64,000 bases of DNA from a bacterium (GTDB lineage Bacteria; Krumholzibacteriota; Krumholzibacteriia; LZORAL124-64-63), in assembly GCA_031441465.1 (NCBI GenBank), contig JANOEP010000016.1, forward strand, positions 1 to 64,000, given 5' to 3'. The position numbers and the translations under genes were made by a program. A model generated the notes under the pieces. The model ran no database searches. It was not told where the DNA came from and saw nothing but the letters and a program-made list of their open reading frames with translations. Position 1 is the first letter of the stretch; every line of letters starts with the position of its first letter. Shown here in pieces: positions 1 to 9,939 of the stretch.

Positions 1-59
1 TCGTGGTACTGGGTGACGATCTTGGAGATCTCGGCGGGCGTGCGGCGACGGGTCGACAT
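1..59 (-). CDS. Probable IS66 accessory protein TnpA, 5' part only (runs off window edge)
   Basis: ATG at 59 with GGAGG RBS; MSTRRRTPAEISKIVTQYH resembles IS66 TnpA N-termini; lies 80 bp inside an IS66-like end. Confidence 0.5.
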   Translation of the reverse strand, partial: MSTRRRTPAEISKIVTQYH

Positions 60-139
60 GAAGGCACCTCCAGGTTGGGGAGGGCGCATCATGAGGCGAA
101 ATCAGGGGCAGGGGAATACGCGCGGGGTCGGACGTTTAC
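1..139 (-). mobile_element. Left end of an IS66-family element extending beyond the window
   Basis: Minus strand from 139 reads GTAAACGTCCGAC, an IS66-type terminal IR, followed by the TnpA-like start. Confidence 0.55.
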
Positions 140-425
140 GCTGGAGGCTGGGGGGAAGGTGGAGACGGTGAGGATGGCGCTAGTCCGATAAGGCCATATG
201 TCCTCTCACTTTCTTTCGTGGGAGGGGTAGAGTCATCACATCGGTGAGGCTTCTACCCCTCCACGAGGGAGAGTCAAGGAGGACCCCATGGTTCGCTCCC
301 AGACCGATCGACTATCCGAGAAGACCAGCTGACGCCGCGCGGGTGGCTGGCGGCCAGGGCGACGGCAGCGGTCATCAACAACAATCAAGCGTAACTGGGG
401 ACCATATCGCAGATCGTCGGCGGCT

Positions 426-452
426 GGAATACGCCGGTCGTCGGACGTTTAC
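426..452 (-). repeat. Second IS66-type terminal repeat (direct copy of 113-139)
   Basis: GGAATACGCCGGTCGTCGGACGTTTAC vs GGAATACGCGCGGGGTCGGACGTTTAC, 23/27 identical. Confidence 0.6.
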
Positions 453-562
453 CGTTCAAGCGCCTCGTTACGGAACATCGCTATCCCCTTGATCGGAGCG
501 GTTACGTCACACCCCGGAATAGCAGGCCGTACCGCTTCCAAATACAAAGGGGGGCCGGAGCT

Positions 563-790
563 CTAGAGTGGGGACATCTCGACCAGGGCCATGGCCCGGG
601 CCGGATGGGGGGCATGGCCCTGGAGCCACTCGTAGACCGTCTGGTTGGTGATGCGCAGGTAGGGGTCGTGGGCCAGGCCGGCGACGATGCGGGGCACGCC
701 GAAATCGGCCACCCAACGGCCGAACTCGGTCTGCCAGCGGTCGGGATCGCGCTTGTACCTGCCGAGTACGAGCGCATCGGTGCGGGACAT
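563..790 (-). CDS. Small Cro/CI-like HTH protein (75 aa), possibly truncated
   Basis: AGGAG RBS before ATG 790; ITNQTVYEWLQG resembles an HTH recognition helix. Confidence 0.4.
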   Translation of the reverse strand: MSRTDALVLGRYKRDPDRWQTEFGRWVADFGVPRIVAGLAHDPYLRITNQTVYEWLQGHAPHPARAMALVEMSPL

Positions 791-1138
791 CGTCACTCCT
801 GGCCGAAACCTGGGCTCCGCCGGGGGGCAGATTGCGTGCCTCCCCTGGCTATCTACCCCGTCAGCCACTGAGGTGCCGAGAGTTTCGGAACTTACGGTCT
901 GTGAGTGGTCCACTGCAGGTGGATTGGAAATGCTCGTCAGTATTGTGGCTCTCCGTGACGTGCGGGAATGAAAGGGCCGCAGTAGATGCGGACCTGGGTA
1001 TCTGACTAAATAGAAACAAATTACGATCGTTCGGCGTTCTCTTGGACGAGGAGCTTGAGATCCGGCCCAGCGCCTAGCAAGCCGGCCACAAAAAAAGAGC
1101 GATGGCGTCGGCTCTCGGTTGCCGATACTATTACCGAC

Positions 1139-1426
1139 ATGCGCCACCTCTTAGGCATCCTGGCACTCCTGCTCCTCGTGCAACACGTGGCCCTCCCACT
1201 GTTGCCCGAAGGTGACTGCTGTGATCAGGCAGAAGACTCATCGCGATGCGCGGATTCTTGCCCGTTGTGTCTATGTTGCCTGGACCGAACGATTGTCCTG
1301 ACTCCGGAGTTCAACGACTCCGCCCCGAATCCACTGCCCGACGCCGTGCTGCCAGCGAGAGCCGGATTGCTGCTTTCGCCTGGGCCCGCCGAAATCCTCC
1401 ACGTCCCGAAACTCCTCCAAGCCTAG
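1139..1426 (+). CDS. Small Cys-rich exported protein leading the czc operon (CzcI/DUF2946-like)
   Basis: Hydrophobic N-terminus, DCC..C..SCPLCLCC cluster, Pro-rich C-terminus; directly upstream of TolC-family gene. Confidence 0.6.
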   Translation: MRHLLGILALLLLVQHVALPLLPEGDCCDQAEDSSRCADSCPLCLCCLDRTIVLTPEFNDSAPNPLPDAVLPARAGLLLSPGPAEILHVPKLLQA

Positions 1427-1604
1427 TCGCCCCTGCTGCAATGCCGCTGTCCTGCGGGTAGGTCACCGCCCTTGGGGACGCGAGCATGTCCGCGGGGATT
1501 CATGTCGCGTAAGCCGGCTTACATCTCGTATCGCGCTCCGGGAAGGGCGTGATCGAGGTCCATCATTGTTCCAGCCGCCCGAGAGCTGGAGGAGGATGTC
1601 CTTG

Positions 1605-2834
1605 ATGCGTTGCACTATCGCTTTTGCTTGCGCACTTGCTGTTAGCGTGACTGTCTCGCTCTTGCCAGTCCGGACCAACGCCGAGGCTCTCACCGCCGAG
1701 GCGGTTGTGCGGTTGGCAGCGGCAAGCGCGCCCCAGGTCTTGATCGCCGAAACAGGTGTGCTGGGGGCAAGGGGGCGCGTCGACGATGCCCGGGCCTTGG
1801 GCCAGGACAACCCGATCGTCACCGGACTCCACGGCTCCGGCGAGACCCCAGACGATGCGAGCGAAATCGAGTTGGAGATCCCTCTCGGCTTCGGTCTCAA
1901 GAGAACGCGACGCATCGCTGAGGCCCAAGCGGGCCTGGAGCGAGAAACGCACATGGTGGCTGATGTGCAGCGGCGCGCAGTTGGGTGGGCCCTCGCGGCC
2001 TTCTACCGCGTCCTGCATGCCGAAGAGAGAAGATCCATCTCCCGGGACCGACGGTATCTTGCGGAGGAAGTTCGCCGAGTCGCATCAGAAAAGGTCCGGA
2101 CGGGCGACGCGCCACGCTTGGAACTTATCGTCGCAGAGGGGGAACTCTCTAGGGCCGAGAGTGAAGTACTTGCGGAAGACCGAGGCGTCACGCAAGCGCG
2201 TGTGGAACTCGCCACCATGCTCGGTCTGCCCTCTGGAGCAAATCTGGAGATCGCAGGCGACCTCTCGGATAGGTCTCTATTCGACGCTATCGATATCTCC
2301 TCCGACCCAGCGCGGCGGCCGGACGTCCTGGCGGCAGAGAGTGAAATGAAGGCGTCTCTCGCGGCGGTCTCCGGGGCGCAAGCGGCCGTACTGCCGGGGT
2401 TCTCGTTTGTACTGAGCTATCAGCACTCGCGTAGCGACGACATCGTGCGGCCGGGCCTGTCCGTCTCGCTTCCCCTTTTCAACCGCGGTCGGGGAATTCG
2501 CGGCGAAGCGAGGGCCCGACAGGAACGGGCTGCAGTCGAGTTGGCAGCACAGCGATCCGCCGCGCTAGCCGAGTCGGAGGGCGCGTGGAGTGCTTACCGG
2601 AGCGCGATCGCATCCGCTCGCGAGATCGAGGAGCACGGGCTTGCTCGCGCCCTGGAGATGGAGTCGCTGGCACGCGAAAGCTACGAAGCCGGCAAGCTCG
2701 ACCTGCCCGGGCTCCTGATCGTGCGCAGCAGCGCGCTGGACACGCGGCGGGAGCACGCCGATCGCATGCTCGACGCGGCTTTGGCCGGTATCGACCTGGG
2801 CGTCGCAGTCGGCGCACTGCCCTCAACACCTTGA
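1605..2834 (+). CDS. czcC: TolC/CzcC-family outer membrane efflux protein
   Basis: Signal peptide, OEP repeats (RRPDVLAA, SVSLPLFNRGRG, SYEAGKLD); GGAGG RBS at 1591; operon with RND pump. Confidence 0.85.
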   Translation: MRCTIAFACALAVSVTVSLLPVRTNAEALTAEAVVRLAAASAPQVLIAETGVLGARGRVDDARALGQDNPIVTGLHGSGETPDDASEIELEIPLGFGLKRTRRIAEAQAGLERETHMVADVQRRAVGWALAAFYRVLHAEERRSISRDRRYLAEEVRRVASEKVRTGDAPRLELIVAEGELSRAESEVLAEDRGVTQARVELATMLGLPSGANLEIAGDLSDRSLFDAIDISSDPARRPDVLAAESEMKASLAAVSGAQAAVLPGFSFVLSYQHSRSDDIVRPGLSVSLPLFNRGRGIRGEARARQERAAVELAAQRSAALAESEGAWSAYRSAIASAREIEEHGLARALEMESLARESYEAGKLDLPGLLIVRSSALDTRREHADRMLDAALAGIDLGVAVGALPSTP

Positions 2835-2851
2835 AAATGGAGGAACAACCC

Positions 2852-3178
2852 ATGAGCAAGACAGTCGTCATTTTCCTGGCTCTCATCATCGCCATCTCCG
2901 GATGCCGGGGGAAGACCGAGCAGCCCGGTCGCTCGGAGGAAGCCGCGCCAGCCTCTGCGATCCATGCGTCCGCCGGGGTTGTGCCCGGGTCGTATGAGGA
3001 CTGGTGCCTGGAGCATCAGGTTCCGGAATCCGGCTGCACACGTTGCGACGCGTCGCTCGTTCCGGCCTTCAAGGCCACAAACGACTGGTGTGCGGAACAC
3101 GGGCTACCGGAATCCCAATGTCTCGCTTGCGACCCGAATCTGAAGATTGTCAGGCCAGCACAAGGGGAGGGTAGGTGA
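2852..3178 (+). CDS. Lipoprotein with two DWCxEHxxPESxCxxC putative metal-binding repeats
   Basis: Lipobox ISGC; DWCLEHQVPESGCTRC and DWCAEHGLPESQCLAC; GGAGG RBS. Confidence 0.75.
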   Translation: MSKTVVIFLALIIAISGCRGKTEQPGRSEEAAPASAIHASAGVVPGSYEDWCLEHQVPESGCTRCDASLVPAFKATNDWCAEHGLPESQCLACDPNLKIVRPAQGEGR

Positions 3179-3179
3179 C

Positions 3180-4562
3180 ATGCGAGTAATTCCCGGCATT
3201 CTCGTCCTCATCACTGTTCTAATCGGTGCCGCCTGTCAGCGGGCCACCGACACCTCCAAGGCCGCATCGCAGCCATCGGGATCGGCGGTCGCCACTCAGG
3301 CCGCATCTGGTGCGGAGGGCATGTGCCTCGAACACGGCGTGCTGGAAGCGGTTTGCACCAAGTGCAACCCCAAGCTCGTCCCGATCTTCCAAGCCAAGGG
3401 TGATTGGTGTGCGGAGCATGGATTCCCCGAATCGTTCTGCCCTGTCTGCCGTCCCGAGAGCGGCGGAAGACCTGCGACGGACGTCGCGGCTGACGAAGCA
3501 CCAGCGAACGGGTTGCGCGTCAAGCTCCGGTCCAAGGAGGTGGTGGATGAAGCCGGCATCCGGACGGCACAGGCGCTCCCCGGGGGGGAGGCGGGCATCA
3601 TCATCGCCACCGCGACCATCGTTGCAGACAACGCCAGGACGGCCCTAGTGAACGCTCGAGTATCAGGAGTGATCCGCGCATTCCGGGTCGAACTCGGATC
3701 GGTGGTCACGAAGGGGGCGCCTCTGGCCGTGATTGAGAGCGCTTCGGTGGCGGAATCGCGCTCCCGGCTCGCGGCGGCTCGGGCCCGTGCCGAGGTCGCC
3801 GAGGCTGGATATCGCCGGGAAAAGGAGCTGAACGATCGAGGTATCGCTGCCCTGAAGGACGTCCAGGCCGCGCAGCAAGCGCTGCAGGAGGTCAAGGCCG
3901 AAGTCGCGGCGGCCCAGGCGGCGCTCGAGATGGTGGGCGCGGACGATGGAGGTTCAGGGTCCTTTGAGCTTCGCGCCCCGATCGCCGGCGTCATCACGAA
4001 GTGCGACTTCACGGTTGGTACGCTCGTCGGCGAGGATGATCCGATCTTCGAGGTCATGGACACGTCAACGCTGTGGGCCGACATCGACATACCTGAATCC
4101 CAGGTCGACCAGGTCGCGACGGGTCAGCGGGTGGTCCTCACGGTCGATGCCCTTGGGGACCGCGAATTCGAGGGGATCATTCGCTACATCGCCCCGGCGG
4201 TCGATCCGCGGACAAGGACAATTCGAGCCCGGGCGGGCCTGGTGAACCGGGAGGGATTGCTACGAGCGAACATGTACGCGCGAGCGCACATCTTCGCTGG
4301 CGCCGGCAGTTCCGCGGTTCTGGTGCCCCGTGCCGCAGTGCAGTCCGCGAAGGGCGTCGAACTGGTGTTCGTTCCTGTCTCGGCCGCCGAGTACGAGACG
4401 CGACGGGTTCAGACCAGCCCCTCGGACGGCGAGTTCGTTGCCGTTACGACCGGCATCACCGTGGGAGAACTCGTAGTCACCGACGGGAGCTTTCTCCTGA
4501 AGACCGAGACCCTCAAGGAGAGCATCGGCGCAGGGTGCTGCGACGCGGTCGAAGCCAAATAG
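3180..4562 (+). CDS. czcB: RND periplasmic adaptor (CzcB-like) with N-terminal CxEH repeats
   Basis: Lipoyl/coiled-coil MFP motifs (LRAPIAGVI, VDPRTRT, LRANMY); N-terminal MCLEHG and WCAEHG repeats; C-terminal GCCD. Confidence 0.85.
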   Translation: MRVIPGILVLITVLIGAACQRATDTSKAASQPSGSAVATQAASGAEGMCLEHGVLEAVCTKCNPKLVPIFQAKGDWCAEHGFPESFCPVCRPESGGRPATDVAADEAPANGLRVKLRSKEVVDEAGIRTAQALPGGEAGIIIATATIVADNARTALVNARVSGVIRAFRVELGSVVTKGAPLAVIESASVAESRSRLAAARARAEVAEAGYRREKELNDRGIAALKDVQAAQQALQEVKAEVAAAQAALEMVGADDGGSGSFELRAPIAGVITKCDFTVGTLVGEDDPIFEVMDTSTLWADIDIPESQVDQVATGQRVVLTVDALGDREFEGIIRYIAPAVDPRTRTIRARAGLVNREGLLRANMYARAHIFAGAGSSAVLVPRAAVQSAKGVELVFVPVSAAEYETRRVQTSPSDGEFVAVTTGITVGELVVTDGSFLLKTETLKESIGAGCCDAVEAK

Positions 4563-4574
4563 GGGAGCTGTAGC

Positions 4575-7500
4575 ATGTTGAATTGGATCATAGACTGGTC
4601 GATCCGGTACCGGTTCGCCGTCATCATCGGCTGGATCGTGCTCGCTGCTGTCGGCACTGTTGCGCTGCTGCACCTGCCGATCGACGCCTTCCCGGACACG
4701 ACGCCTGTCCAGGTGCAGATCAACACGATCGCGTCGGCCCTGTCGCCGCTCGAGATCGAACGGCAGATCACCGCCCCCATCGAGCAAGCGATTTCCGGGC
4801 TACCGAAGCTGCACGAAGTGCGATCCTTGTCGAAGTTCGGGCTTTCGCAAGTCACCGTTATTTTCGAGGAGGGGACCGAGATCTACCTGGGCCGCCAGGT
4901 GGTGATGGAGAGATTGCAGGCCGTAGAGCTGCCCCCAGGAATCGAGCGCCCGCAGCTCGGCCCCGTGGCCACGGGCTTGGGCGAGGTCTTCCACTACCTG
5001 GTCACGGGTGATGGAAAGAGTCTGAGCGAACTCCGAACCGTCCAGGACTGGATCATCAAGCCGCAGCTTCGGTCCGTGCCCGGCGTTGCGGAAGTCAATA
5101 CCTGGGGCGGGGACGAGCGTCAGATCCACGTGGTGGTCGATCCTCTGGACCTTGCGAAGCACAATCTGACCTTGCACGACTTGGCCACGGCACTGGAAGA
5201 GAACAACGCCAACGTCGGAGGCGGGTCGCTGGATCAGGCGGGCCAGTCCGCTCTGATCCAGGGCATCGGCATCGTCACCTCACTGGCCGACATTGAGAAC
5301 GTCGGCATCTCCTCTCAAGACGGTATTCCCACTCGCGTGCGCGATGTCGCGAGAGTGGTTGACGGGCGGGAGATCCGACGCGGGGCCGTGACTGCGGATG
5401 GCAAAGGGGAGGTCGTCCTCGGACTCGGCTTTATGCTCATGGGCGAGAACAGTCACGATGTGGCCCGCGGGCTTCAGGTGCGGCTCGAGGAGATCAAGAA
5501 GAGTCTGCCTGAGGGTGTCGACGTCACAACCGTCTACAACCGGACGGAACTCGTCGACCATGTGCTGCATACGGTGAAGAAAAACCTCTTCGAGGGGGCC
5601 CTGCTCGTCATTGCGGTCCTCTTCATCTTCATGGGCAACCTGCGAGCCGGATTGATTGTTGCGACCGCGATTCCCTTGTCGATGCTGTTCGCTTTCGATC
5701 TCATGGTCCGAGCGGGAATCGCCGGGACGCTTATGAGCCTCGGCGCGATCGACTTCGGACTGATCGTCGACAGCTCGGTCATCATGGTGGAAAACACCTC
5801 CCGGCGCCTCGCAGAAGACCGGACGGGTCGGTCCCGGGCCGAGATCGTCCGGGAAGCGGCCATCGAGGTACGGCGTCCGACGATGTTCGGCGAGCTCATC
5901 ATCATGATCGTCTACCTCCCGATCCTCGCCCTGGAGGGTGTGGAGGGGAAGCTCTTTCAGCCCATGGCCCTGACGGTCATCTTCGCCCTGCTGGGTTCTC
6001 TCATCCTCTCCCTCACGCTCATGCCCGCGCTAAGCGCGGTGCTCCTGCCACGTCGGATGTCGGAGAAGGAGAGCTTCGTCGTCGCGGGGGCGCGGCGGAT
6101 CTACAGGCCTCTTTTGCGCCGAGCGCTGGGACAACCCCGACTCATCATCACGATTGCGGTAATACTCGTGGTGGGGGCCGGATTCCTAGCGACGAGACTC
6201 GGCTCCGAGTTTGTGCCCCGGCTTCGGGAAGGCGCGCTCGTGATCAACACGATCCGCCTGGCCGGCGTGTCCGTCGACGAATCCGTGCGCTATGGACTCC
6301 AGATAGAACGTACGCTGGAGCAGGCGTTCCCCGACGAAATCGACCGGGTCTGGACGCGCACTGGGACCGCGGAGGTCGCCACCGATCCGATGGGTCTGGA
6401 GCTCTCGGACATCTTTATTACGTTGAAGGACCGAAAGCACTGGAAGCGGGCGAAGACCCAGGATGATCTCGTCATAGCGATGCAGGAGAGGCTTTCCGGC
6501 CTCCCCGGCATGCGAATGGTCTTCACGCAACCCATCGAGATGCGCGTCAACGAAATGATCGCCGGAGTGCGATCGGACATCGGCGTCAAGTTGTTCGGGG
6601 ACGATTTCGAGGTGCTCAAGGCGAAGGCTCGTGAGATCGACGACGTGATAAAGAGGATCCCCGGCGCGGCGGACGTGGTCGTCGAGCAGATCACGGGACA
6701 ACCGGTGTTGCAGATCGAGGTCGACCGGGACGCCATCGCGCGACACGGGATCCCGGCCCATGAGGTCCTGGAGGCGGTTGCCGCCCTGGGAACCCGCGAT
6801 GTCGGCGTGCTTCAGGATGGCGAGCGGCGATTCCCGATTGCGGTGACACTCGACGACCGCTATCGGACCGATCCCGTCGCGGTCGGCCGCATCCTCGTCA
6901 CGGCCGCCAATGGCGATCGGGTCCCGTTGGAACGGCTGACACGCATCCGCATGACGGAGGGACCGTCCACGATCAACCGGGAGTGGGGCAAGCGACGGGT
7001 CGTGATCCAGTCGAACGTACGGGGGCGAGATGTAGGGAGCTTCGTCGCGGAATTGCGAACCGCCATCGACACGAAGGTCTCGCTGCCGCCAGGGTACTAC
7101 GTTCGCTTCGGGGGCCAGTTCGAGCACCTGGAACGTGCCCGCGCGCGCCTCGTGATCGTAGTGCCGCTGGCGCTCTTCCTGATCTTCGCGCTGCTCTACC
7201 TGACCTACCGCCGATGGCAGGATGCTGCCCGGGTGTTCACCGGCGTGCCCTTCGCCGCTGTCGGTGGTATCGCAGCGCTCTGGATATGCGATATGCCGTT
7301 CAGCATTTCGGCCGCGATCGGCTTTGTCGCACTCTCCGGCGTCTCGGTTCTGGCGGACATGGTATTGGTGTCGACGATCCGGCAGAATCTTGCCCTTGGC
7401 GCTCCGCTGGGCCAAGCCATTTCGGATGCGGCGGATCGACGTTTGCGTCCGGTCTTGATGACGGCTCTTGTGGCGAGTCTCGGCTTCGTCCCGATGGCGT

Positions 7501-7697
7501 TGAACACTGGCATCGGTGCTGAGGTGCAGAAGCCCCTTGCCACGGTGGTCATTGGTGGACTGGTGTCATCGACGATTCTGACGCTTTTCGTGCTTCCAGT
7601 GCTGTACAGCATTTTTGGAAGAAGAAAGACGGGCGCGGAGATTGAGCCCGCTGTTGTGGCGAGTGCGGTTGAGGACTCGGGCGTGGCCACGACATGA
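4575..7697 (+). CDS. czcA: Heavy-metal efflux RND permease, CzcA (divalent cation) type
   Basis: 1040 aa; IDAFPD, GAIDFGLIVDSSVIMVEN (CzcA-type TM4), RLRPVLMTA. Confidence 0.93.
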   Translation: MLNWIIDWSIRYRFAVIIGWIVLAAVGTVALLHLPIDAFPDTTPVQVQINTIASALSPLEIERQITAPIEQAISGLPKLHEVRSLSKFGLSQVTVIFEEGTEIYLGRQVVMERLQAVELPPGIERPQLGPVATGLGEVFHYLVTGDGKSLSELRTVQDWIIKPQLRSVPGVAEVNTWGGDERQIHVVVDPLDLAKHNLTLHDLATALEENNANVGGGSLDQAGQSALIQGIGIVTSLADIENVGISSQDGIPTRVRDVARVVDGREIRRGAVTADGKGEVVLGLGFMLMGENSHDVARGLQVRLEEIKKSLPEGVDVTTVYNRTELVDHVLHTVKKNLFEGALLVIAVLFIFMGNLRAGLIVATAIPLSMLFAFDLMVRAGIAGTLMSLGAIDFGLIVDSSVIMVENTSRRLAEDRTGRSRAEIVREAAIEVRRPTMFGELIIMIVYLPILALEGVEGKLFQPMALTVIFALLGSLILSLTLMPALSAVLLPRRMSEKESFVVAGARRIYRPLLRRALGQPRLIITIAVILVVGAGFLATRLGSEFVPRLREGALVINTIRLAGVSVDESVRYGLQIERTLEQAFPDEIDRVWTRTGTAEVATDPMGLELSDIFITLKDRKHWKRAKTQDDLVIAMQERLSGLPGMRMVFTQPIEMRVNEMIAGVRSDIGVKLFGDDFEVLKAKAREIDDVIKRIPGAADVVVEQITGQPVLQIEVDRDAIARHGIPAHEVLEAVAALGTRDVGVLQDGERRFPIAVTLDDRYRTDPVAVGRILVTAANGDRVPLERLTRIRMTEGPSTINREWGKRRVVIQSNVRGRDVGSFVAELRTAIDTKVSLPPGYYVRFGGQFEHLERARARLVIVVPLALFLIFALLYLTYRRWQDAARVFTGVPFAAVGGIAALWICDMPFSISAAIGFVALSGVSVLADMVLVSTIRQNLALGAPLGQAISDAADRRLRPVLMTALVASLGFVPMALNTGIGAEVQKPLATVVIGGLVSSTILTLFVLPVLYSIFGRRKTGAEIEPAVVASAVEDSGVATT

Positions 7698-7861
7698 GTG
7701 CAGAGAAGAGGGACGGACACTGAGAAGCGGGAGCGCATTCACTCAGGTTGCGCTTCGACCGGGCACGGTGGAGACTTCGACCGGCACATGTACCTTGGAC
7801 CGGAAGAAGTTCCCGTGCCCTGGTCGCGTTTCGTATCCGACAGCCACGGAGCTTTCGGCGA

Positions 7862-8389
7862 CTACGGCAGCAGATTAACCGTCACGTCCATCCGGTTGCT
7901 TTCGTGGCCGTGTTGATCGAATCCGCAAAACTCGTAATGGTACTCGCCCGGCAGAGCACCAACGGCGTGGCAGCCGTATTCCTGCGCGCTATCGTCGAAA
8001 CAGTAGATCCCGTCTCCGGGGATCGGATCCCCGTGAGTTCCATCGTCGTAGCAATAGAACTCGCCAATGTACGAGTACCCGTTCATGTGTCCCATCATGC
8101 CGGAGATCCCGTAACGCACTTGCACCTGGCCACCGGCAATAGGATTGCCGCTATGGTCGGCGAGCCGAGCCTCGTAGCGTACCGGACCCGTGTGGCTTTC
8201 CTGCTGAAAGTCCTGGCCGTCGAGAGACAGGCCATCGACACTGACCTTGGCTGCGCTGAGCGTGAGGTCCCCGGCGTTCGAGTCCGCGGGCTGAGTAGGA
8301 TCGTTCTCGCTGCAGCCACCGGCCGAGAGAACCAGAAGGGCAACAGCGATGGTGGTTATCGAGAGGGTTTGTATCTTCCGCTTCAGCAT
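7862..8389 (-). CDS. Lipoprotein with choice-of-anchor X-like DDGxxGD motif
   Basis: GGAGG RBS, lipobox SAGGC, YDDGTHGDPIPGDGIY, Met/His patch GMMGHM. Confidence 0.7.
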   Translation of the reverse strand: MLKRKIQTLSITTIAVALLVLSAGGCSENDPTQPADSNAGDLTLSAAKVSVDGLSLDGQDFQQESHTGPVRYEARLADHSGNPIAGGQVQVRYGISGMMGHMNGYSYIGEFYCYDDGTHGDPIPGDGIYCFDDSAQEYGCHAVGALPGEYHYEFCGFDQHGHESNRMDVTVNLLP

Positions 8390-8577
8390 GACGTACCTCC
8401 CAGTGAAACTGTTCGCACATGGTCTCGCAGAAGAAAGCACAATAATTCATAGTAGGCAAATGGGGATTGCGGACAAATCATAGGCGGCATGAATACGAAA
8501 ACCGTTGTCAATCTCGGACGTCTATCCTTAACAAAGGGATCTCTCTATTTCGTGTTTAATCTCTGTTCATTTCCGCA

Positions 8578-9889
8578 GACCCTATGCAAAACCCCATCCA
8601 TCACACATTCATCACGGGCACAGCGCCTCGATCGCACAACTGATCTGCTGTTCTTCGGAAATTGAGCCGATAAGTGTCGCATCGATCGCCGAGATCTACC
8701 CGACCCTGCGATCATATTCCCGACAGATTCATCCAAACGTGAAAACCAGGCAGACGCCGGCCCACCCCGATGTCGCCGCATCGCTCGCCGATCGCTACGC
8801 AGCAGCCCGGTAGTACCGACTGTGAAGCCCGCCCACCATCGGTCGCCTCTTCACGGGTCCCAACTTGGCCGGCTCGACAGCCCGCCCATCCGGCGCATCC
8901 TTGTCGAGCCCCAGGTGCGTGCGCGATCCGTGGTAGTACTCGAGGTAGCCGCGAAGGATGCGGCGCGCGTGCTCTTCGTTGAACACGATCATGTGGTTCA
9001 GGCATTCGCGCTTGATCGTGCCGACAACCCGCTCGCAATAGCCGTTCTGCCAAGGGCAGCGCACCGCAGTCACGACCTGCTCGATCCCCATCTGCTCAAG
9101 CGCGGCCACGACGGCGTCACCGTAGATCTTGTCGTGGTCGCGCAGCAGGAACCGAGGCGCCGTATCGAATGGGAACGCCTGGATGAGCTGCAGCGCCGTC
9201 CACTCGGCGGTCGGGTGCGTCGTGACGTTGATGTGCATGATGCGCCGCCGATCCAGCGACAGCACCACGAAAATGTACAGCGTGCGGAACGTCACCGTCG
9301 GCACGGTCAGGAAGTCGATGGCCGCTGTTTCGTGCAGATGATTCCGCAGGAACGTCTTCCAGTTCTGCGTCGGCCGCCCGCGCCGCTTGATCATATAGCG
9401 GGCGACCGTGGACTCGTGCAGGAAGTACCCGAGCTTCATCAACTCGCCGTGGATGCGCGGCGCGCCCCACAGGGGATTCTCGCGGGAGAGACGGCGGATC
9501 ACCAGGATGGCCTCCCACGGAATGCGCGGCCGTCCCGGCTGCAGCGGCCTGCTCTTCCATCGCCACCACATCCGCCATGTCTTGCGGTGCCACTTGATCA
9601 CTGTCTCGGGTTGGACCAGGCGCAGTGGCCGGCGCCATCCATCCCACAGATGGCAGAGCACGATCCAGAACGCTCGGTCGCGGTTCCGGAACGGCGGCTT
9701 CGGGTTGGTGCGCTGCAAGACCAGGATCTGCTGGCGCAGGGCCAGGTTCTCCAGGATCAGGTCGTGGCGGGGGCGCAGGAGATCGCGCAGGAGGGCCAGG
9801 ATGGTGGTCAGCATGTGGGTGGTATCGGCTGGAGATGAGTGCGGCTGAGGTGGAAACTGTTGTGTGGCAATTAGTTAACACCAAACACA
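8578..9889 (-). mobile_element. Single-gene rve-integrase insertion element (ends approximate)
   Basis: Left-end-like TGTGTTTGGTGTTAACTAAT upstream (to 9889) and right-end-like GGATGGGGTTTTGC near 8580-8600 flank a DDE integrase. Confidence 0.5.
8795..9814 (-). CDS. Integrase core (rve/DDE) transposase
   Basis: LENLALRQQ N-terminus, WGAPRIHGEL, AIDF, LLRDHD, PWQNGYCERVVGTIKRECL. Confidence 0.92.
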   Translation of the reverse strand: MLTTILALLRDLLRPRHDLILENLALRQQILVLQRTNPKPPFRNRDRAFWIVLCHLWDGWRRPLRLVQPETVIKWHRKTWRMWWRWKSRPLQPGRPRIPWEAILVIRRLSRENPLWGAPRIHGELMKLGYFLHESTVARYMIKRRGRPTQNWKTFLRNHLHETAAIDFLTVPTVTFRTLYIFVVLSLDRRRIMHINVTTHPTAEWTALQLIQAFPFDTAPRFLLRDHDKIYGDAVVAALEQMGIEQVVTAVRCPWQNGYCERVVGTIKRECLNHMIVFNEEHARRILRGYLEYYHGSRTHLGLDKDAPDGRAVEPAKLGPVKRRPMVGGLHSRYYRAAA

Positions 9890-9939
9890 GCGGATCTTCA
9901 AGGCAGCATCACAATGGACAATTGCATGATGATACCACT

